A stretch of DNA of 61,313 nucleotides, from the NCBI GenBank assembly GCA_945861225.1, contig CAMATU010000002.1, forward strand, positions 1-61,313, in the 5' to 3' direction. Under the pieces are notes generated by a model that did not search any database, was not told the DNA's origin, and saw only the letters and a list, made by a program, of their open reading frames with translations. The stretch is from Klebsiella pneumoniae. GTDB taxonomy: Bacteria > Pseudomonadota > Gammaproteobacteria > Ga0077536. A program made the position numbers and the translations under genes. Shown here piece after piece: positions 49,317 to 56,385 of the stretch (within the stretch, counting starts at the first letter, position 1; the number at the start of each line of letters is the position of its first letter).

Positions 49317-49405
49317 TAGTCGTCTGCCAAGTGGTTCGCACGAATGTCACTATGCATCGGGTATGCTCCCAGCGGTCGTTCACACGGTTGTAGCGTTAAT
49401 CAGTC

Positions 49406-51262
49406 ATGGCTTGGCGCGCATGGATTACATTCCTGTTGGTTATCGCGCAGTGGATAGGCCTGGCGGGTGCGCACGCCGATTACCTCGATGACATCGGTTT
49501 TCGCGCGCTCGCAGTGGCGCTCGGCGCGAACCTTCCGAATGGGGTGAGCGTGCGCATTGATCAGGTCGAAGCACCGATCGGCGGTGGCGAGACGGACCCG
49601 ATCTATCGCGCCGATCCGGCCAATGCCGAATTCAGCGGCGTCACGTTTCACGATCAGTCGAGTGGCATCAATCCGTTGTTCTCCGGGCATGCCACGGGGG
49701 TCGCGGTATTGTTCGCCGGCACGAGTTCCATGACGCCTGGTGTGCAGCAGGTGGACAGTTACGAGGCGAACAGCTGGCTCACGCTCGTGCTGTTCAACGG
49801 CGGCGTGGGCTTGCAGCGACCCGTCACTGGCACCGGCTCACTCGCGAACCACAGCTGGGTGGGCGCGACGACCACCGCCGAACAGGCCGTCGATCTGCTG
49901 AATCGCCTGGACTGGTTGATCGACACTGACGACACTGCGCAGATCGTCGGCGTCAATAACAACGGCAACCCGTTGTTCTCGCATGCGTACAACGTGATTG
50001 GCGTCGCGCACACCGCCAACCTCACCACACAACTGACTGCCGCCCTCGATTCGTTCTATGTCGCTGGCCGGGCGCTCCCGCATCTCGTGGCGCCGCGTGG
50101 TTCGGTCAGCGCGGCGACCCCCGTGGTGACTGCTGCCGCCGCCTTTTTAATCGACAGCACAGCGGCCAACACACTCCCGGTCGAGGGCGTCAAAGCGCTG
50201 TTGATGGCGGGCGCCGATCGCGTCACCCGCAACACCGCAGCGGGCAACCTCGATCATTTTACCGGCACCACCGCCAATGGGCTCGATCCGCGTTATGGCG
50301 CGGGTCAGTTGAATGTGCTGCAGAGCTATACGCTGCTTGCGGCGGGTGAGAAGGCGAGTACTGAGGATGGCGGCGTGGGCGGCACTGCATCGGGATATGA
50401 CTACGACAATGCCTTCGGGGGTGCCTCAGGGGCGAATGCCACCGCAACGTATCCACTCGGCACCTTGATCCAGGCCGGAAAGTTGCAGGCGACGCTCGCG
50501 TGGCACGCGTTGATCGTGGATGACGCCGGCGCATTTGCGCCGACTTCGCGCGTGCTGCAGAACTTCAATCTGCAGCTCATCGACACCACAGCAGGTGGCA
50601 GCGCGCAGGTCGCGCTCTCGCAAAGTACACTGGACAATACCGAAACGCTGCACGTTGAAGTGCTCGCGGGCCGCAGTTACAGCCTCAAGGTGCTGAATGC
50701 CGGCGGCAATGTCAGCCGTGCTTACGCGCTCGCCTGGCGGCTTGAAGCGGATCGTGATCGCGATGGGGTGTTCGACAAGTTCGAGACCGGCACCTGCCCT
50801 GGTGTGAGCGATGCGGACAGTGATGACGACGGCCTGGCCGATGGCGCAGAAGACGTGAATTTCGATGGCCAGGTCAATCCCACGGAAACCAGCCCTTGCC
50901 TGCGCGATACCGATGGCGACGGCTTACAGGATGGGACGGAACGCGGCGTCACCACGCCGGTGCTCGATCCCGATGGCGCGGGGCCCCTGCTCGGCACGGA
51001 GATCAGCGTGTTCATCCCGGACGCGAATTCCGGCACTACCACCAATGCCACCAATGGCGATACCGATGCGGATGGGGCCAGCGACGGGAGCGAGGATCTG
51101 AATCGCAACGGCGCACTGGACGTCGGTGAATCCGATCCGAACGATGCCGGATCAACCCCCGCCACTGCGCACACCGTGCCGCTGTTGCCGCTGTGGATGT
51201 TCGGTGTACTCACTGTGCTGCTGTGGTTGATCGGTGCGCGTTGCGTGCGGATCAGGCGCTAA
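49406..51262 (+). CDS. Subtilisin-like (S8) domain protein with acidic Ca-binding (TSP3-like) repeats and CTERM sorting tail
   Basis: S8-like blocks are VRIDQVEA (Asp), SGHATGVAV (His), LANHSWVG (Asn) and GSVSAATPVVTAAAAFL (Ser). They are followed by repeats DADSDDDGLADGAED / DTDGDGLQDGTE / DTDADGASDGSED. The tail is VPLLPLWMFGVLTVLLWLIGARCVRIRR. Confidence 0.6.
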   Translation: MAWRAWITFLLVIAQWIGLAGAHADYLDDIGFRALAVALGANLPNGVSVRIDQVEAPIGGGETDPIYRADPANAEFSGVTFHDQSSGINPLFSGHATGVAVLFAGTSSMTPGVQQVDSYEANSWLTLVLFNGGVGLQRPVTGTGSLANHSWVGATTTAEQAVDLLNRLDWLIDTDDTAQIVGVNNNGNPLFSHAYNVIGVAHTANLTTQLTAALDSFYVAGRALPHLVAPRGSVSAATPVVTAAAAFLIDSTAANTLPVEGVKALLMAGADRVTRNTAAGNLDHFTGTTANGLDPRYGAGQLNVLQSYTLLAAGEKASTEDGGVGGTASGYDYDNAFGGASGANATATYPLGTLIQAGKLQATLAWHALIVDDAGAFAPTSRVLQNFNLQLIDTTAGGSAQVALSQSTLDNTETLHVEVLAGRSYSLKVLNAGGNVSRAYALAWRLEADRDRDGVFDKFETGTCPGVSDADSDDDGLADGAEDVNFDGQVNPTETSPCLRDTDGDGLQDGTERGVTTPVLDPDGAGPLLGTEISVFIPDANSGTTTNATNGDTDADGASDGSEDLNRNGALDVGESDPNDAGSTPATAHTVPLLPLWMFGVLTVLLWLIGARCVRIRR

Positions 51263-51495
51263 ATAGCCCGCACTGTAGGTGTGACAAACGCATGATTCGA
51301 CGCGGCATTAGGGATGCCGACAACTTCTATTCCCGTCATCCCGGAAAGTGCGTAGCACTTATCCGGGATCCATCTTGTCCTTCTGACGCCCTTGGATCCC
51401 GGGTCTGCGCGGCTAACGCCGCTTCGCCCGGGATGACGAGCCTAAAAATTTTCGTCACATCTCGCGCTTTGTTTTAATTGCAGTGCGGGCTATTT
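51261..51495. mobile_element. 235-bp MITE-like element bounded by perfect 15-bp terminal inverted repeats, internal family-C units
   Basis: aaatagcccgcactg (51261-51275) and cagtgcgggctattt (51481-51495). The interior holds family-C units at 51334-51371 and 51394-51438. It has no coding capacity. Confidence 0.4.
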
Positions 51496-51499
51496 AACG

Positions 51500-51685
51500 C
51501 TACGCCAGCGTTTCGTTCAGTTCATCGCAGATGTCGCGCGCGACCTGCTCGGTGATCCGGATGTAGTATTTCCCACCGACACCGTCGAGGAACGTCAACA
51601 GGAATGTGCCATCTTCCTCGCGACGAATGCCCGAGACGGCTTCAAAGGTTTCAGCGCTGACAATAGACGATCGATTACGCGGCAT
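51500..51685 (-). CDS. Small hypothetical protein (61 aa)
   Basis: ATG 51685 with a GGAG RBS 8 nt upstream. The track ORF's extended N-terminus overlaps the 3' end of phoD. I recognise no domain. Confidence 0.35.
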   Translation of the reverse strand: MPRNRSSIVSAETFEAVSGIRREEDGTFLLTFLDGVGGKYYIRITEQVARDICDELNETLA

Positions 51686-51765
51686 AGGGGCTACTCCGGG
51701 GTTATCTGCGCCCGACGATAGCCGCGTACTTTTGCATGCAGATGAAATGCGCCGGACAAAATTAT

Positions 51766-53316
51766 TTACGCGGGCACCGGACCAGGTCGCCCCGCTTCTA
51801 CTATCCACGTCGACAACGTACTGCACTTCGCGTCTAGCTGCTGCGGCTGATCCAGCACCCGCAGGTCGGTGCAGAGCCGCTGCGGGGTAACTTCGACCCG
51901 GCAATAACCACGATGCTGGCCGGTCGCGAGGTGAATGTGCGGCCCTTCAGCGAGCGCCGTCTGAATGCGATCTTCGGGCGGCGGATATGAGGTGATCGAG
52001 GTTGTGACGAATTCGGAGGCCACCGTCGGCGCGTTCTGCGCAGTGAAATCCTGTTTGAGATCGGCCACCCAGAAAGAATGCACATCGCCGCCGAACACGA
52101 CAGGGTTCGCGGCGCGCGTCGCGATCAACTGGTCGAGCAAACGCTGTCGCGCCGCCGGATAGCCATCCCAACCGTCGGAAAAAAACATTTCGCCGGCGCC
52201 GGCCTTGCCGTCGGACTGGGCCATCAACGTTGTCTGTGCGAGCAGATTCCACCGCGCTTTGCTCGTCGCGAGACCTGCTGCCAACCAATGTTCCTGACGT
52301 GTGCCCAGTAACGTGGCCGTCGGGTCCAGCCGCTGCGCGCAATTTTCAATCACCCGTGCGCCACCACGGCCAGGGGTCGGACACGGTTGCGGTGTCCGGT
52401 ACTGCCGCGTGTCGAGCAGATTCATTTCTGCGAGCTGGCCGAAGGTCGCACGCGCGTGCAGTCGCATGTCCGGCCCGAACGGCAGCATCGAACGGCGCAG
52501 TGGCATATGCTCGTAGTACGCCTGATACGCTGCCGCGCGACGGGCGCGGAACCAGCGCGGGTGATCGGCATTTTCCGAGCGATCATTCGCGTAATCGTTC
52601 TCGAACTCATGGTCGTCCCACATCAGGTACCACGGGTACGCCGCATGCGCACGTTGCAGATCAGGGTCTCCGCGATAGTGCGCAAAGCGGGCGCGGTAAT
52701 CCTCTAACGTGAACGGCTCACCCGCTTCGTGGCGACGCACCAGGTTGGCACCCCATGAAGTCTCATAGAGGTAGTCGCCGACATGCACGATGAAATCGAG
52801 ATCGTCGTCGAGCATGTGCCGGTAGGCCGAAAAATAACCGTGCTCGTAGTGCTGGCATGACGCGACGGCAAAGCGCAACAGCGCCACCTCGGCATTCGGT
52901 GCCGGCGCCGTGCGCGTGCGTCCCACCGGGCTCGTGGTGCTGCCGGCATGAAAGCGATACCAGTACGTGCGCGCTGGCAGCAGGGTGTCCACCTCGACAT
53001 GCACGCTGTGGCCCCAGTCAGGGGTGGCGTACGCCGTGCCGCTGGCAACGACACGCGCGAAACGCTCGTCTGCAGCGACTTCCCAAGTGACCGGCACAAT
53101 GATCGGGGGCATGCCACCGCCCGGCGCGCGCGGTTCGGGCGCAAGACGGGTCCAGAGCGCCACCCCCTGCGGAAGCGGGTAGCCGGAGGCGACACCGAGA
53201 CTGAAGGGATCTCCTGCGAAAGGCGGCGCCGCGTGCAGGCGCGGTACCGCCCCGGCCAGCAGCAGCCCACCGCATTGCGTCAGAAATGTGCGGCGGGATT
53301 TAATGCGCGTTGGCAT
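51766..53316 (-). CDS. phoD: Alkaline phosphatase D family protein (PhoD), Tat signal
   Basis: MPTRIKSRRTFLTQCGGLLLAGA, FSLGVASGYP, HVGDYLYE, WDDHEFENDYA. ATG 53316 overlaps the 3' end of the upstream gene by 17 nt. Confidence 0.9.
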   Translation of the reverse strand: MPTRIKSRRTFLTQCGGLLLAGAVPRLHAAPPFAGDPFSLGVASGYPLPQGVALWTRLAPEPRAPGGGMPPIIVPVTWEVAADERFARVVASGTAYATPDWGHSVHVEVDTLLPARTYWYRFHAGSTTSPVGRTRTAPAPNAEVALLRFAVASCQHYEHGYFSAYRHMLDDDLDFIVHVGDYLYETSWGANLVRRHEAGEPFTLEDYRARFAHYRGDPDLQRAHAAYPWYLMWDDHEFENDYANDRSENADHPRWFRARRAAAYQAYYEHMPLRRSMLPFGPDMRLHARATFGQLAEMNLLDTRQYRTPQPCPTPGRGGARVIENCAQRLDPTATLLGTRQEHWLAAGLATSKARWNLLAQTTLMAQSDGKAGAGEMFFSDGWDGYPAARQRLLDQLIATRAANPVVFGGDVHSFWVADLKQDFTAQNAPTVASEFVTTSITSYPPPEDRIQTALAEGPHIHLATGQHRGYCRVEVTPQRLCTDLRVLDQPQQLDAKCSTLSTWIVEAGRPGPVPA

Positions 53317-54730
53317 CTGAAAATCGTGGCCCCGAATTCGATTTCCGGAATCGCGTGAGACACACGCCGCCCAGCGCGAAGCCGATCCACGCTGCCGGCA
53401 GCGGCACTGGCGCAATCCGATAGACGATGCCGCCATTACCGTTCGCCGGGGTATTGGTCACCAGCGCATAGAGCTCACCTGTCGCATCTTCGCCAAAGCC
53501 GTGCACGGTGAGTCCATTGGGAAGCTTGCCATCGACGAACTGCGGCAACAGGAATTCATTGATCAAACCAGTGGTGAGATCGGCGTAGAACAGGCGACCG
53601 TCTACGCGCGGCGGCGCGTTGCGCAGCGCGAGATCGCCGAATACGTATTTGCCGTAGAGTTCGGGGATCGCGACACCGCGATAGACGAAGCCGCCGGTAA
53701 TGGAAATACCGTCGCCGTGATCGTATTCCAAGGCGCCGAGCGAACCGACGATGGGATCGATCAAATCCACGGAATCCCCTGGACTGCGTGCGCCGACATT
53801 GCCGGTCGCCCGATCAAACAGGAAATCCCCTTCCTTGATGGCCCAGCCATAGTTGCCGCCGAGCTCCACACGATTGATTTCCTCAACATTGCGCTGGCCG
53901 ACATCAGCGAGGATCAGATCGCCGGTGACCCGATCGAAGCTGAAGCGGTAGGGATTGCGGAAACCGTACGCGAAAGTCTCCGCCACCTGGCCCGCACCTT
54001 GAAACGGATTGGTGGTGGGGATTCGATACTGACCATTGGCACTGACGGGATTTGCGCTGCCCGCAGTCACTGCCGGATCGAGAGGATCGATGCGCAGCAT
54101 CTTGCCGAGCGGGGTACTCAGGTTCTGCGCATTGCCGCCGGGTTCGAGGTGACTCGGACCGACATCGTTCGCGTTGCCGCCATCGCCGAGTCCCAGATAC
54201 AGCAGGCCGTCGTGACCGAAGGCCAGGGTGCCGCCGTTCATCTTCCACTCTGTGACGACATTCTGGTAACCCTGGGTCGCATTATTCGGTGCTGCGTAAG
54301 TCGGTGTGCTGCCCACGGGGATCGGTTCACTGGTGTAGGTGTACAACGAGCGATAGCCCGCGCTGGTTGGTGTGCTGAAGCCGGGATGAAAAGCTAGACC
54401 TAGAAAACCGCGCTCATCATTTGCGTTGGCCGTGTTCAAAGGCGGCGCGACACGGCTGCGAATATCCAGCACCGTGGTTGGCGCGAGCTGGCCGTTTTGC
54501 AGCGCGAGTAACAGCCCATTCTGATCAACCACAAACAAGCGACCGGCATCGCCCGGCGCGCTGATCGCGTAATCCGGCGCGGCGAGGCCGGTTGCAATTG
54601 ATTCCAGATGAACGGCGATCGTGCCGCGCGTGATGGCCGGCAGCAACGGGCCGGCGAACGCGGCGTCAGGCAGCAAACACAAAATCGCGAGAGCGGAGCT
54701 AGGTAGGGATCGGCGTGTGTAGGTGGGCAT
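53300..54730 (-). CDS. PQQ-dependent sugar (glucose/sorbosone) dehydrogenase-like beta-propeller with CTERM sorting tail
   Basis: Signal peptide, ERGFLGLAFHPGF, GLGDGGNAND, LGGNYGW. The tail is APVPLPAAWIGFALGGVCLTRFRK. Confidence 0.8.
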   Translation of the reverse strand: MPTYTRRSLPSSALAILCLLPDAAFAGPLLPAITRGTIAVHLESIATGLAAPDYAISAPGDAGRLFVVDQNGLLLALQNGQLAPTTVLDIRSRVAPPLNTANANDERGFLGLAFHPGFSTPTSAGYRSLYTYTSEPIPVGSTPTYAAPNNATQGYQNVVTEWKMNGGTLAFGHDGLLYLGLGDGGNANDVGPSHLEPGGNAQNLSTPLGKMLRIDPLDPAVTAGSANPVSANGQYRIPTTNPFQGAGQVAETFAYGFRNPYRFSFDRVTGDLILADVGQRNVEEINRVELGGNYGWAIKEGDFLFDRATGNVGARSPGDSVDLIDPIVGSLGALEYDHGDGISITGGFVYRGVAIPELYGKYVFGDLALRNAPPRVDGRLFYADLTTGLINEFLLPQFVDGKLPNGLTVHGFGEDATGELYALVTNTPANGNGGIVYRIAPVPLPAAWIGFALGGVCLTRFRKSNSGPRFSDANAH

Positions 54731-54957
54731 GGTTTTGGACTCAGTGTCTTGGTTACGCTGGATATCAGGAACGGCGAGCCGGTTGCCGCCAGCGAATTGT
54801 ACGGCGCAGCGTACGGGTTTTAGTTTTCACTTGGATGACAGAGCGCAGGAACTTCAGGAAAGCGCGGGCCGGGGTATTTTCCGACATAGATTGAGAGACG
54901 CCGGCACTGCGGCCGGCGTGCCATCCCGACCTGGCAACGGTCCCGTCGCTCGCCAAG

Positions 54958-55278
54958 GTGACTCACGCGCTGGTCCCGTTAGTGATTTTCTTCTGCGTGG
55001 TGTGTGCGGCACCGGCGCGCGACTTACGCGAGCGTTTTTGGCAATTCACGCTTGCGTTGCCAGTGGCGCTGGTGGTCCTCACCCTGACCACCCCGTTTCA
55101 GTTAGTCGGCTTGATCGAGATGGCGATTCAGCAGCAAGCGGAGCAGCTCGGGATCGAACGCGTTCCATCGCTCGCGCTCATCTGGATGGTGGCAATGGAA
55201 GGCGGAAGTCGCAGGGTTTTTCCAATCGCAGCGGCGTGGTGCACGCCTGCGCAAACTCTTGCACAGACCTGTCGATAA
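54958..55278 (+). CDS. Hypothetical small membrane protein (106 aa)
   Basis: Coding-like third-position GC and two hydrophobic segments; GTG start. No recognisable domain, so confidence is low. Confidence 0.3.
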   Translation: MTHALVPLVIFFCVVCAAPARDLRERFWQFTLALPVALVVLTLTTPFQLVGLIEMAIQQQAEQLGIERVPSLALIWMVAMEGGSRRVFPIAAAWCTPAQTLAQTCR

Positions 55279-55377
55279 CCAGTAGACACAGGCAACGGTC
55301 GAGGTGGCAGGATGAAATGGACTGCGCTACTAATCGGACTCAGCATCGCGTGAAATTCCTCGGCGAAGGAGGATTGC

Positions 55378-55722
55378 GTGCAGCAGGCGGCGACCGAACT
55401 CGAGATCAATCTCTCGTCTGGGGTGTATACCGAACGCGCGCAGGTGAGCGCGCCGCTCAAGCTCCGCATTCCCACCGGCATTAACCCGAATGCCTACGGC
55501 GCGTGTCTGCAGATCCAGGGCAAGGATCCCTCGCGCAATCTGATCAACACGGTTGCCAGCATGCGAGAGTGCCAGCGGGCGGCGCGCACCACGCGCTTGG
55601 TGGCGGCGACCTCCGCCACCGCCAAGCACATCGCGAGCGAAGTCGATACCACGTTCTACGAGTCCTGTGTTAAGAACCAAATCGAGGTTGAGGTGTTTCT
55701 GCTTACTGCAGGACTCGATTAA
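55378..55722 (+). CDS. Hypothetical Cys-containing protein; possibly the mature part of an exported protein starting at 55312 (see findings)
   Basis: Strong coding-like codon bias. GTG 55378 is preceded by AAGGAGGA. An in-frame lipoprotein-like signal peptide (ATG 55312) lies upstream, separated by a single TGA. Confidence 0.45.
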   Translation: MQQAATELEINLSSGVYTERAQVSAPLKLRIPTGINPNAYGACLQIQGKDPSRNLINTVASMRECQRAARTTRLVAATSATAKHIASEVDTTFYESCVKNQIEVEVFLLTAGLD

Positions 55723-56184
55723 CGGACAGCTCCTCTTTGGCCGAAGGCGTTACGATCGACAAAGGCGGTGTGATTCGCACAGCCCACGGCGTGCACCTGC
55801 CAGACCCAGCAAGGCGGAGCTGTTGTCGAGAATATCCGTCATACGATCTGCGCTGCCGAAGTGATCAAAACTGAGGAGTTCTGCTGGGCTGGAGGCATTC
55901 CCGAGTACCGGCATCGTCGCACCATCCACAAGACGCATGAACGCGGTGCTGCTGTCGACGACCGACAAATAACAGACATCAAGTACGGCGATGCACTAAT
56001 TTTCAAGTGACCTCAAAGCAGGTGTCATTCGCAAATGAAGCAGACTAGCAAGGACAAGAAACTCCCGCTTTGAGCCCGAACAAATTTCCGAAGCACTTAA
56101 AATCACGACAAAAATGTGACGTGTAAGTGAAAATTTCCTAGCGCTCATCGTTTTGCGCGTTTCATACCCTGCGGAGCGCCGCTG

Positions 56185-56224
56185 CCGTCACGTCTTGGTC
56201 ACATAAGCGTCAATCGGGTGTCAC
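56185..56224 (+). promoter_or_regulatory. Double Pho box (four 7-bp repeats, 11-bp period) upstream of phoX
   Basis: CCGTCACgtctTGGTCACataaGCGTCAAtcggGTGTCAC. It ends about 160 nt upstream of ATG 56386. Confidence 0.6.
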
Positions 56225-56385
56225 TTTGCCCCGGCACAATCCTGCCCAGTACCTCGCCGACCTCACGATTTACCGTTATCCAACCGTAAGAGCGATAGCG
56301 CCGCGCTAACTGCGGGACGCTTGGGCCGGCGTGCAGGTCTGACGATCAATCATTCACTCACGAACTATAGAGATGAGGGTTCTCA

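Noticed and set aside
53501-54397. 298-aa plus-strand ORF antisense to the PQQ-dehydrogenase gene
   Set aside because: This is a shadow ORF. The minus-strand frame has a signal peptide, family motifs and a sorting tail.
54723-55484. 253-aa plus-strand ORF across the 54.7-55.5 kb gap
   Set aside because: The translation is extremely Arg/Gly/Ser-rich with no start-site signals. Two shorter frames with better codon bias (54958-55278 and 55312/55378-55722) explain the region better.
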